Below are positions 27,370 through 40,429 of a DNA stretch of 64,000 nucleotides, piece after piece; the first letter of the stretch is position 1; each line of letters opens with the position of its first letter. The position numbers and the translations under genes were made by a program. Under the pieces are notes generated by a model. It saw nothing but the letters and a program-made list of their open reading frames with translations, had not been told where the DNA came from and did no database searches. Source of the stretch: Octopus bimaculoides (Eukaryota); the NCBI RefSeq assembly GCF_001194135.2, contig NC_068999.1, forward strand, positions 473,682 to 537,681, read 5' to 3'.

Positions 27370-28131
27370 TCCCGTCTTCTAGGCATTTTCTCTTAACGAA
27401 AATGCCATTGATCCATCGAATTTGCATCTCTATTTTGGTCAGAAGTGTTTTTGGGTAGCACATTCGGTGTATTTTGAACATCTAGTAACAGTTAATCTCC
27501 ACTCAATGGAAATTAATTAAAATGGAATTCATTTGGGAGTGTATTTCAATTTGATTAATTTTAATAAATTCAATTTCAGAGTTTGATTATATTACTTTAT
27601 TTTTTTTTTTTACTATAATTAGTTAGATAACAATTGTGTTCTTCATTAATTTTAATCAATTACAATTTTTTAACATAATACATACAGTGTATTATCGCTA
27701 AGTTTACTATTCTTGATTCAGAACGTTTCAATTTGTATAACGTTATATATTAATGTTTTCCGTATGAACTCTGTCGCAAAAGTGATTATAAAGAGAATTT
27801 CACAACTCTGTCCTTCGTCAGAGTGTAAATGTACAATGGACGCCCCCCACCACTCGGTATCAAAGTACACTGAAACAGCACCGAAAATAATCCTTATTAA
27901 GCACCCTACACTAATATTGGTGGGACGGCATCTTGAATAAAGAAAAACGGTCAGGATTTGAAAAGATTCTGTCATGGCCACAGTTAACCACAGTTGCGAT
28001 TGATAAGGGAAACGGGCGTTCAATGATAACAGCATTATCTACCTTCACAATTCAATACAAATTGCATGCTAGTAATGAAGATGTACATTTCCGCTTGTTA
28101 CAAGGTTGTATATGTGTATATGTATCTATAT

Positions 28132-28353
28132 GTGGAGGTGCAATGGTCCAGTAGTTAGGGCAGCGGCGTCGTGGTCGTAGGATCGCGATAATCATTCCCA
28201 GACCGGGTGTTGTGAGTGTTTAATAAGCAAAAACACTTAAAGCTCCACAAGGTTCTTTGTGGCGAACTCTGCTGTACTCTTCCAGTTTCTGGACCAGTCT
28301 GGTCACACACTGTCATGCTGAATCTCCCTGAGAACTACATTAGGGGTACACGT
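28132..28353 (+). mobile_element. SINE family D (tRNA-like head), 3'-truncated into a 15-bp tandem repeat
   Basis: GTGGAGGTGCAATGGTCCAGTAGTTAGGGCAGCGG (A-box-like)...GCTGAATCTCCCTGAGAACTACATTAGGGGTACACGT; the latter parallels 35980-36012. Confidence 0.55.
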
Positions 28354-28445
28354 ATTACAATTAAACGTATTACAATTAAACGTATTACAATTAAACGTAT
28401 TACAATTAAACGTATTACAATTAAACGTATTACAATTAAACGTAT
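28351..28445 (+). repeat. Perfect 15-bp tandem repeat (CGTATTACAATTAAA) x6.3
   Basis: Six identical units at 28351-28440 plus CGTAT. Confidence 0.95.
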
Positions 28446-28712
28446 GCATGGTGTATGATGCATGACGTATGCAAGCATACGTATATGTGTGCTTATGCAT
28501 AGATAGATAGATATTTAGATATGTATATATGAACGTGTGCACGTATATTGTGTATATACATACATACATACATATATATATATATATATTAAAAAATAGG
28601 GTAAAAAATCATATATCAATTAATTTCGATTAATTACCAGGAAGCTAGCACATTTAAAGAATCAAAGAGATTCAGAAACAGTATCTGCAATCTCAGGGGA
28701 TTAAAGTACATT

Positions 28713-29152
28713 TTTATATATAACGTTGACCACTAACGTGGACATTCAATGTGCTAGAAATAGATCACATCTTGTGTCTATTAAGACCTAAATTGTTCTC
28801 AACATGAAATATAGCGGAATACCAAAACGTAAGCGGGCAAGACATTTAAAATCACCGAAAAAAAAACATTAATAAACAGGGACCGGTGGGCAACTTTGTA
28901 TAGGGTTCTGAGGATTATGGTTACATTACAAATCAGGCTGAAGAGAAATAGACAGTCGGTAAGATCGTTAATTTTGAAACCGGTCCCTGTTTAATAATGA
29001 TTTTTTTCGGTGATTTTAAATGTCTTGCCCGCTTACGTTTTGGTATTCCGCTATATTTCATGTTGAGAACAATTTAGGTCTTAATAGACACAAGATGTGA
29101 TCTATTTCTAGCACATCGAATGTCCACGTTAGTGGTCAACGTTATATATAAA
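28713..29152. mobile_element. Foldback/MITE-like element: ~175-bp inverted arms with a 91-bp spacer
   Basis: 28713-28887 is the reverse complement of 28979-29152 with only about 4 differences by manual comparison; the ends lie in TATATA. Confidence 0.85.
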
Positions 29153-31441
29153 TATATATATATACATATATTATTTATGCGCCCTTTTAAAGCCTAGTCA
29201 GGCCCATGGGCCCGGTTTCCCGGTTTCTGTGGCGTTTGTGTCTCCCCCCCCCCAACTGGAAGGGACGCCGAAGAAACAGGAAGAAAGAGATACTGTGTTT
29301 AGATCAATATATATATAAGATGTCTAGTTCGCCTGGTTAATCGCATTTGGATTGTCTATGTTTGTGTCCGTTCAATCGGGGCTGACGTTACTTATCATTT
29401 GTAAGCGCCAACAAACAAGCATCTATATCGACGATTTACATACTACGAGTCAAAGGAGTCAAAATTTACATTCAAAAAATCAAGAAAAACACATTGGATA
29501 AAGTAGCCGTGCAAACTCATAGTTCGAACGAAGACTGCTGCACCACGTCAGTGACGCTTTTTATCACGAGGTGTGCAGAATGATAGCTGACCTGGGGTTA
29601 AATAACAACAGCAGCTGCAATACTATGAAAAGCTTTTTGAAAATCCCTACAGTTTAACGTATACTGACAGATATTCCTGACTTGCTTATCGAAGTTGTCT
29701 CGAAATCTATTTCTTCTTTCCAAAACAACTTTTCTTTTCTCTAACAACCAATTAATTCTTTGTCACTTCTGATCAAATTTGCAAATGTAGAGAATACCAG
29801 AACACACGGTTACCGCAGTTCCTTCAAAACATCTCTCTTCACCCCCTCAACACCTCACCGCATCTTGCGTGTTCTGTTTTTCGTCCGGAAAACAGAATTT
29901 GAAAGCATCTTGTTTATATCATGTAACATCTTATTTTAGCGACAGCAAAATGGCTGAACCTCAGAAACAGCTGAAGTAAAACCACATTTAGTAGCAACAA
30001 TGAAAACTAACAATAAATGCAGTCTTTCGAAATAGAAATCGTTAATCACTAAATTAATTAATTAATTTTACGTTCGTAGCAGCGTATTAGTCACATTGAG
30101 ACTGTAATCTGATATATCTGCTACTCTCAAAGAAGGGTTAAAAACTCGTTTGATGTATGCGAGCCATAAGTAGTAACCAATATATAGATGTAATAGTGAT
30201 TACTATGCGGGGTTTCCTATTCTACTATCTGCAATTCATTTAGAAAGATCTCAAGAACAAACGACGGTGACTGATTCTATACGTTCACCAGGCTTCTTGA
30301 AAATAATTAAACAAGGAAACGGAACACAAAGTCAATACTGTTGTCTCGTGTCCCTTCTATTAAATGTTCGGGGGTGACGGTGCATTTGAGCATGGTTTTA
30401 CTCAGCCAGTTTTGTGCTGGGTTTGAGACAATGATAGTTGTTGGACTGTTGGTGTGGCAAGGACTTATAAGCACTTTATGAACAAAGTGCTATCGGTAAT
30501 AAAATTAAGATGGTTTTACGTCAAAGGAAGAACGTTATGCAAAATTCATTTTGTTGTTTTCATTAATGCAAAGGTGATGTTGAAATAAGTGAGGTCGGTT
30601 TCGAACAATGTTACCAATAATTGTTTTTATGGGACTTGCTTTTTCTTTCTCACTTGGAGAATCATTAGACAAATCGACAACACTATACCTACAACAACAT
30701 CAACAACAACTGCAGAACAGCGCAACGTAGTACTCTAATATGAAGCATTATGCTTAAACAATGAAATTTAGAGTAACTTCTAACTTAAATTTAAATGCAT
30801 GGTTGTAATCTAATGGGTTTGAGTGCTGAAGATCATAAGGTCTCGGTTCAACGCCTGTACATAATGTATTGCTCGTGAGTAGATTAACGAGAAGATAAAA
30901 GAAGCCGTGAATCGGTACATCAGAGAAAACACTCAATAAAACTACACAGGTCACATATGACATTTGTTATATGAAATGAAGCAAATGCATGCAAACTATT
31001 TAATAGACGAATACATAACCAAGAACCTTATAAAAAAGAATGCAAAATATATGTCACACCCGACTGTAAACTGAAGCTAACAATTTACGACACAAACACC
31101 TAAATCCTAACCTTCCAAATCAGTAACATACCACAAGCGTGTAAGCCTGAGATTAAGCTCCATTTTATATTTTTAAGGTTATGATTTTGCTCTGCAACTG
31201 TTTGTTAAAATGTTGTTACTAACAAGAGAACTGGTAACCATGTTCACAATAATAGTAAACAGCTAGTACAATAAAATGTCTAATAATTTTCTTCATCTGT
31301 ACCAAATGTATCTTCGTGTACAATGTTTTCTAGTTCTGCGTCTGACAAACTTCTTTCTGCTTTCTTTTTTCTTTGTTTCGTGAATTACTTTTCTTTTGTC
31401 AATGGACAACATGAAGAAATAATTGCCAGGCCAGGGATTTA

Positions 31442-31498
<57 letters not shown>

Positions 31499-31521
31499 AA
31501 GTAGTAGTAGTAGTTGTTGTA

Positions 31522-31737
31522 ATTGTTTCTTAGTTTGGCACATGGCCCGCAATTTTAAGTGATGGTAGGATAGTCGATTATATCAATCCCAGTGATCAAA
31601 TTGCACTTATTTATCGACCCCGTAAGGATGACAGCCAAAGTCATCCTCGCCGGAAGATGAACTGTGAACCTAAGGATAGATAACATGCTGCTCAGCATTT
31701 CGTCCAGCGTTTTAAATATTGTGCCAAAACGCGGCCT
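31522..31737 (-). mobile_element. SINE family A copy, diverged
   Basis: TTTGGCACATGGCCCGCAATTTT...GTCGATTATATCAATCCCAG...TTATTTATCGACCCCGTAAGGATG...CAGCATTTCGTCCAGCG; next to (AGT)n. Confidence 0.6.
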
Positions 31738-32946
31738 CAGTGATATTAATATTGATTGCCTTCAGTGCAATATACTTTGTTGGAAGCATTTACGCCTTAT
31801 CTCCGATACGTAGTAATCTTCGTCCCCTCGTCCCACTAGTTTCAGTGACTCTGTAAACACTCATGAGAACTTCCCCGTTTCCTGATTAAGCAATGGGTAA
31901 CAATCTATTGGTTTTGAATGGAGGTTGAAGAGCTAAACTGGTTTCGTCCGCGGGTAGATGAGTGATGATATTTTCAAGGTAAAAAATGTACATATAATAC
32001 ATGGAAATGTTCCTAATCTCACTCATGCTAGGAAAATGTACAGATGATACTAAATAAAGATTTTAAATCTTATCCTGGCTGATTTAAAAAATGTAAATCC
32101 GGCGAAATTCAACCAATACTAATCACAATCAAAGCCAAAATAATATTTAAATAAAAGCAACAACAACAACCGCAATCATACCAAACGAATTCACAAATAA
32201 ATCAAATAAATATGAACGAAAACACACAATATTACTCAACAACAAAACAAGCCAAAATTTAATTAAAAAGACCAACTACAACAATAATATCAACAACACG
32301 AGCGAGAAAAGCAAAAAGAAAAGCCACAGCATAAACGAAAATTGTAAGTTGAAAACTTTCAACAATTAAGATCAATATCCAGCTAATACTGTAATAATTC
32401 CAGTCTTGGAGAAATGATAACTGTTATTGACGATAACAGCGGTGTATCTTAGCTATAAATTATCCTTTAATTTGAGAACATTGAACCGAAATATGCCATC
32501 GTCTTACTCATTAATTATATAAATCAAACAAGTTTTCGAAATCGTAAATAAAAAACACAAGAAAAATGTAAATAAATGTAAAATTTGATAGTAATATAAA
32601 TAAGGATAATAGAGTTGACGATGATGATGTTGGTAATAATATAAATAATATCAATAGTAATAATGAAAACATTAATGATAATAATAATGCTAACATTACT
32701 AATAATCAAATATGACAAAATAATATAACGAATATCGACTGAAATGAAATCAGGAAAGTAATATGTAGTTGAATTTTATTTCTTTTTCTATTTTTTATAG
32801 TTTATGTATTTTATTATATTTATTTTACTATTCTAAATTCTCTTTTGGAAAAGAATTTATTCTCACATAACAAGACATCCAGTTTTCGGATTTTACGACG
32901 ATGCATCATAAAAATATAGAATACCTATACATACCAACATACATAA

Positions 32947-32977
<31 letters not shown>

Positions 32978-33036
32978 CATACATACATATATAATCAAAA
33001 TTGGTTATGTAATATATATGTATATATGTATGCATG

Positions 33037-33071
<35 letters not shown>

Positions 33072-34189
33072 ACACACACACATGTATATCTGTAAATATA
33101 CTGACAACTGAATATCTCTACACATATAAACTTACATACGTGCACTCATACACACGCATATATACTGAAGTCTAAATACAGCTATACATATAAAGATATA
33201 TACGCACACACATACCTATATAATACATAACATGATATTTGAATAGTTGTGAATTTGCGTGTATGTGTATGTGTAAAGACAGTGTAAAATGTGTATGCTT
33301 GTTTGTATTTGTGTATGTGTGTATTTTTCATGTGTAACTTGGTGTGTGTGTACAGTTATGAAATATATTGCTTTTGAGCCGAGCCGACTCACACAGAGTC
33401 AATGAGCAGGGCGATAATAAAATGGATTACTCACAGGAATCGAAACCTCATTGTTTTCTTTGATGCTATGCTGTAATTACAAGAATAAAACAAGATTTCC
33501 GGCAATTATAACTTATTAGTAAAGTCATATACTGCTTTCAAAAGGAAAACTGCACACTAACTGTAAAGATATGGTTTCTAGTTCGATCCAACACGCAGGA
33601 CATTAAAAAAGTATTTTCTATCATAAATTAGTGTCGACCAATAGCCATGCGAAAGAAATTTAATAGGCAAAAAGTAGGAAAAGAAAAACAATTTGTGGAT
33701 GCATTGTTGCCGGGAGGGACTTCGTACTAATAATAAACGCACGCGCTGATTCAATTTCATGTGTCAGTCGGTTAATTTGCTAGATTGCTGACACATTTAA
33801 TCCATCGTCCAGATGAATCGCATCATTTTGTCTATATTTTTGTCGTAGAATCTGCTATGCTACGGGCATTCCTATAAAAACTCCTGCAGGGGTTAGACTT
33901 ACACCCGATACCCTGTACCAAACGAGACACAAGGTCACGGATAAGGGATCACAATGAACTTAAGCGCCAGCAAAAGATCTCCAGCATGTGCATTGTCATT
34001 CCCCGCATTTCAGATTTTATATCATTCTGGCGTTTTCCTTTGAGACATGTTTTAGCAAATGTTGAGGGGTACCTCACTTCCAGTGGTGTTTCAGTACGAC
34101 GGACTCCCATCTAAGATTTCTGCGGATCGTTGCTAATATACATATATACATACGTGGGAAGGATAACCCCGAGGACAAAGAAATAAGAA

Positions 34190-34520
34190 CCCACAGTATA
34201 GTAGAAGCCATAGCCACGCATAACAAAAAGGAGTGGAACGTCCCAGTGAAAACGTCGATAAAATATAAGCACAACGAACCTGATATAATGATTTGGGATA
34301 CAGAACAGAAGATCAGTGAAAAAGAGAATACCTACGCTGAACTATTGAAAAATCTGCAGTTACTCTATCCAGATTGCAAGTTCAGGTTTATAACTGTAAT
34401 TATTGGGGTCCTGGGATTGAGAAATTAGGCTTCTCAAAGTCACAAAGGAGAAAGCTAATTCGAAGACTACAGATCCAACTCACCACTAGAACTGTAAAAA
34501 TCTGTAAAACTTTCCAGAAG
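34190..34520 (+). mobile_element. Divergent REL-clade (R4-like) retrotransposon 3' end with internal deletions
   Basis: EAIATHNKKEWNVPVKTSIKYKHNEPDIMIWDTEQK..KENTYAELLKNLQLLYPDCKFRFITVIIGVLG, then in another frame EKLGFSKSQRRKLIRRLQIQLTTRTVKICKTFQKF. Confidence 0.7.
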
Positions 34521-34630
34521 TTCCTCATTTTAGTATGTATGAGCATGTCTATATATGCAAGTATATGCATGCGAATACATATATAAAATACAATGTACAA
34601 ATTTGTACAAACACATACATACATGCATAC

Positions 34631-34689
<59 letters not shown>

Positions 34690-35793
34690 CATACATACAT
34701 AGATATATATGTATATATATAAAATCGTGCATATTCACATACATTTGTACGTAAGGTTAAGATTATGGTGCCTAGAATCAGCTTCATCCAGCCTCCCACC
34801 TACCAGTCTCTCTATCTGTCCGTCTACATATATATCAATATACATATATGCATAGTATTACCGAAATAAGTAAAAAAACGTTAACTCTTGGATTAGAACA
34901 TGGAAAATACAAATGGAATGCTGGGAGAGAGTAGAATTTAATTATGGAAGTGTGGTTTATATTTTTTTGCTTTTCTTTTCTTCACCTACCTTATATACTT
35001 TTGTAGCCATAGTTTTCGGACTTGCCTGCTGTTTTTCATCTACAGTTTTGTTGTTTTTGTTTTTTTGTGTGTGTGTGTTTATGTTTGAGCTTATTCTTTA
35101 GTTAGCCATTATTATCTTTTGTTCTGCACCTTTTTTTATGTTCATTTTTTCTTCGTTACTTTGCTCAAAGCACTCAGCGTGTTTTGATAAAATAAAATGT
35201 AAAAGAAAGAAAAACAAAACTTGAATGAAGATGATAATGAAACGAAGTAGATGAGATAACTAATAGTATTATGGTCCGACTTTTCAGCAGAAGCTGGGAA
35301 AGGCAAAAACATAATTGAAATAAAAATAGAAAACATGTAAAAGACACAACAAAAGATAATAATAAAATAAATATAGAAATAAATATCACAATTTTTAAAA
35401 GTGAAAGTAAAGTAAATGCTAAACAACGAAAACGGAAAATGTGTAAATTGATAAAAAGAAAAGAAAAAGTTTTCAATTTGCTTATTTGATGATATTATTT
35501 AGAGTAGGAAATATATCAAGAGGAAGAACCGACAACAACAACGGCAATAACAATAACTACATGGGAACTAGTGTGATATTGTAGTTGTTGTTTTTGTTGC
35601 TTCATTTCTTATTCCGTCTTTTCGCTTATTTTTTTTTGTTTCGTTTAGCTGCAGGTCAGTCTTCATCAAGCAGTTTTTCGTCAGCCAAAATCCTTCAAGT
35701 TATCATTCACTCTAATTTGCATATATATATACATATATATATATATGCGTGTGTGTATGTGTGTGTGCCCGTCCGTGCGTCTGTGTAAATATA

Positions 35794-35834
<41 letters not shown>

Positions 35835-35869
35835 GTACATCTATATACGTATGTAATTATGTATATTTT

Positions 35870-36103
35870 GGGTCCCTCAGCAAGTCACTTTCTTTCACTT
35901 TGCTCCAGGTGGCTCAATTGGCGAAAGCGAGTTGTACCTGTATTTCATGGAGTCAGACTGTTCCCATTCTGTGTCTCATTGGATCTGTCTGAGAGCTGCG
36001 TTCAGGGTGGGTGTGTCTGTGGAGTGTTCAGTCATTTGCACGTTAACTTCATGCGCAGACTTCTTCCGTTGATCGAACCAACTGGAACACTCTTCGTCGT
36101 AAT
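35870..36103 (+). mobile_element. SINE family D body and 3' end
   Basis: CAGCAAGTCACTTTCTTTCAC..GCTCCAG...GAGTTGTACCTGTATTTCA...GTCTGTGGAGTGTTCAGTCATTTGCACGTTAA...TTCCGTTGATCGAACCAACTGGAAC. Confidence 0.55.
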
Positions 36104-36313
36104 TGCCACCTTATATATATATATACAGATGTTTTCAACAACGTTGGATTCGCTGTGATCGATGTATTATCTCGCCTGTTTGACATCTTGTTTAGAATTT
36201 ACCTGAAGATCGTAATTTCATGCTATGATGTAAACTATGAATACAGTAATAAAATTACAGCTGTACTAAAATTTTCGCTCTACTTGTGTTCTCTGCATAC
36301 ATACATAGATACA

Positions 36314-36347
<34 letters not shown>

Positions 36348-36408
36348 CATACATATATGCATACATATATACATACATACATACATACATACACACACAC
36401 ATATATAT

Positions 36409-36468
<60 letters not shown>

Positions 36469-37927
36469 CCGTCCGGTGTGGGAAAGCATTCACATGATCT
36501 GATTTCGAATAATTTGTGGAATCAAAATGATTTTTTATGTTTCTGGGTTTGTCTGTCATCGTTCAGTGGTTTTGGGACTGGTCTTAGAGTTCAAGATGAT
36601 GTGAGCGTGTGTGTGTGTGTGCACGGTTCTATGTGTGTGTGTATATTATTCTATGAAAACAATTACACAAGTAAAAGATACGAGATATTAGGAGAAAGGG
36701 CGTACCAACAGCCGCTTATGTTGAGCATCCTTTTGGTTCTGTCCAGCATGGTTGAACAGATTTACCGAAAGATAAAGCATTGCTATGATACTTGTGACAC
36801 GACCACCATATGATTTGGTGCGCCCGTCTCGGATGCGAGAATGTACGTTACTTGATGCACTTTTAATCGTCTGTCATTATCGTTGTTCAAGCCTGGAAAC
36901 TAATTGATAAGTCTTTCACTAGCGCTCATTATAGACGTTTATTCATCCGTCTAAAATGCTCGTATGTCCTCAATGTATAATGTTCAGATAGATATTGTTT
37001 ACAATTAGACGTCTCTTAACGTTTAGCAATAATCTCAGTATTTCCCAGATTGAGGTGCATTGTCCAAATGATTATTGACAGTGAATCAGACAAAGGTTTC
37101 ATACAATTTTATCAAAGACATAGTTCCCTGTGGCCATCTGAAAGCGAATTGCCATGCAATATATCTGACTGGAACTCGATGACATTTCTTCTCGAATAAA
37201 TTCGAACGAACTCTCTTACAGAAGAAAGAACAAACTTAAAGATTCAAACTAGAATATATTTACTTCATATTAAACTTCAAATATGAATGATACAACGATT
37301 CTCTTTGCGAAAATATATCTCTAAACTACTACAAACTTTTAAGAGAACCTAACAAGCATAACAAGCACCAAATTAATATATTTCCACAATTCCAATTATT
37401 ATTCCGCAACAATAGTCACGTGATATTGGTAAAGAGAAGAGAAAATGACTTGACAGTTTTACTGAAATCATTCACCAGAATACAACATCTTTTACAGGTC
37501 AAATTACTGACCGATATTGTCATTTTTACTAATTTTACTTTCAATGTTGCGTCTGATTTGCTTTGATTATGATATTAGTTTTTTCCTTAATTTTAAATCT
37601 GAATTGAATTTGCATTCATTTGAATATATTTTATTTGGTCACTGTATATGTACATAAGTATATATAAATCTTGCAAATAGCTCAGCGTCTCTAATAAAAC
37701 GTAAAGAAGGAAATATTTTTCATATACACAGCAACTATTCTCTGACTTCCGCTATGGCTCTTATTGTTTGCCATGCCTCTGTCTTTTGCATCCTATTCTG
37801 TCTATCTGTCTCTCTTTAGTTGTCTCTCTCTCTCTCTCCCTCCCCCCTTCTCTCTCTCTCTCTGTTTAGTTTCCGTCTTTGCTATCCTCCTCTCACAAAG
37901 TTTTCGTCGATTTTGGAGTTATAGTAG

Positions 37928-38060
<133 letters not shown>

Positions 38061-38557
38061 TCGGTGTGATGGGAAGTGTGGAGGGTAAGGTGAGCACTGA
38101 AGTTTGCGGAGGAATCATTTGCTTTTCATTAGACTCTCTTTATCCACTGAAATAGATTCTCTACTGAATAGTAAAGAAATAAATAAATCAAATCTCAACA
38201 ACAACAACAACAACTACATATAAGTTATAAGATATGGACTGGAAATAAAAGGAACTTTTAAAACATGGCAGTCTGTCTTTAGTCTGTAATCACGTTTCTT
38301 CTGGAAGTCTTGTTTCCTATGATTATTACTTAAAGTTACAAGCCATCCCCTATCATAGATTTAACCTCTCTTCTCTGTCATGGTTGAGTGAACGAAATCA
38401 AATGTGATATTTAGTGTATGTTACCAGTGAATCTGTCTTTTTAAGCTGAACAGAGAGAACGAGATTCAAAAAGATAGAGAGAGAGGAAGAAATATAGGTA
38501 TTGGAGAGGAGCAGATAGAGAGGAGAAAGGAGGCATAGATATATATGGAGTGAGTAT

Positions 38558-38664
<107 letters not shown>

Positions 38665-39967
38665 CGAGAGAGAGAGAGAGAGAGAGAGCGGGAGAGAGAA
38701 AGAGAGAGAGAGCGGGAGAGAGGAAGAGAGAGAGAGGCAGAACGAGGGGAGGAAATCACTGGTTGAATAGCTTGGACTTCAATTAATGGTTTCTTACTTT
38801 TATTGTGTCTCTCCATTTTACGATATGAAAATTGAAAGGTGTCTCTCTCGATGAAGTATAGAAAATTATCTGGTCGTAATGGTGATATTTTGATTACTAT
38901 GTATCAATGCAGCTTTAAGATAAAATTCTTCAAATTGGCCAATGGCTTAAGATCGTGAAAAGCGATAAATATATATAAAGTAAAATAGCAACGAATATCC
39001 AAAGCGACTTTAGCGAAATTTTAGGTCTGAGAAAATCACAGTCCGAAACATTGAACGACTTAACTCCAAATGGCATCCATACGAAGACATAAAATGGAGT
39101 TGCAACACGATTTTATTCACCTCTGTCAACACGTTTCCTACGCAACGCCATAAATTTAGAACTTAAATGAATGCAATTTGTTTCTTGTGTTCGATAGTCT
39201 ATATTTCCGGTCATAAAGGAGGTAATTGAATATAGCATAAAAGACAATAAATCGTTAGATTGTTCCAAATAAAAACTTGGTTACTTGGTACCCAATTTTC
39301 TTAAGAGAAATATTATTTCCATACTCTTATGGATTTATATGGCGAACACAGTTAAGCGAGTGGCATAAAAATTGGTGAGGTGAACATTTAAAAATTCTTA
39401 TTACATTTTTTTTTTTTTCTGTTTGGTTGATGCCAGTTCTTCTCCAAGGCACCGCAAATATCTGTTGGAAGAGCTTGAATGTTATTGAATATCAATCAAC
39501 CCCGATTGGAATTTTCTAATTTTTCTTTTCAATCCAAACATTCTCAGTCATTGATCAGCCCGTTTATAATGATGGAGCAGTCGAATATAAATCAACATTA
39601 TGTCTCAAAGAAAATATTCCAAAGGAGGTTCTTATATTTTAGCCTGAAACATTTCAGAGTCTCACGCAGGCAAAATAATCATCACAATTAGTTGAGCAAT
39701 AAAGAATATATATGTCATTAGTGAGCAGAAACTCACTCTCAGTGGGCTGAAATCTTGAAACAACAAGCAACGGTTATTTCTTTAATCAGAGCAATCATTC
39801 GAAATTGGTGACTGATGTTGACAATACAGGCTGGAATGGATCTGGTTTTTAAAATTCCCCAGGTAAAAGCGGCGGTCAATTGTTAGTCATCATATACACA
39901 CGCACACACACATACACACTCACGCACACACATGCACATACGTATATTCATATACAGAAAAACACAT

Positions 39968-40040
<73 letters not shown>

Positions 40041-40070
40041 NNNNNNNNNNNNNNNNNNNNNNNNNNNNNN

Positions 40071-40123
<53 letters not shown>

Positions 40124-40188
40124 CTTATATATATGTATGTATATGGATATGTATATATATGTATATGCATAGATGTATGTATATGTGT

Positions 40189-40230
<42 letters not shown>

Positions 40231-40234
40231 TTAT

Positions 40235-40370
40235 TTCGTCGTGCCCCTTTCTGTTGAAGAGCGTAGGCTCGAAACGTAAAACCTTTCTCACATTACTGAG
40301 CGTCAAACTAATACACCTGTGTGTTGTTTATACACCTGTCTTCGTCTTTTGTTTTTCTGCAAATTTCAAC
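40235..40370 (+). mobile_element. Penelope-like element terminal fragment ending in (TA)n
   Basis: CTGTTGAAGAGCGTAGGCTCGAAACGT (PLE-type CTGATGA..CGAAACG signature), then TAATACACC..TGTCTTCGTCTTTTGTTTT..AATTTCAAC-TATATA; homologues at 9816 and 11691. Confidence 0.55.
40248..40281 (+). ncRNA. Degenerate minimal (type I, PLE-associated) hammerhead-ribozyme-like motif
   Basis: TTT | CTGTTGA (CUGANGA with A6->U) | A | GAGC-GTAG-GCTC stem II | GAAA | CGTA (palindromic ACGU stem III, GUA cleavage triplet) | AAA pairing with TTT as stem I. Confidence 0.45.

Positions 40371-40429
<59 letters not shown>

Noticed and set aside
27713-28154. Overlapping 73-105-aa ORFs on both strands
   Set aside because: No homology or motif; they run into a SINE head
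28351-28445. CRISPR-like periodicity
   Set aside because: The repeats are contiguous with no spacers and the context is eukaryotic; it is a simple tandem repeat
33759-33796. Hairpin ATGTGTCAG...CTGACACAT
   Set aside because: Only about 38 nt with a 9-bp perfect stem, and it does not extend to a pre-miRNA-length fold
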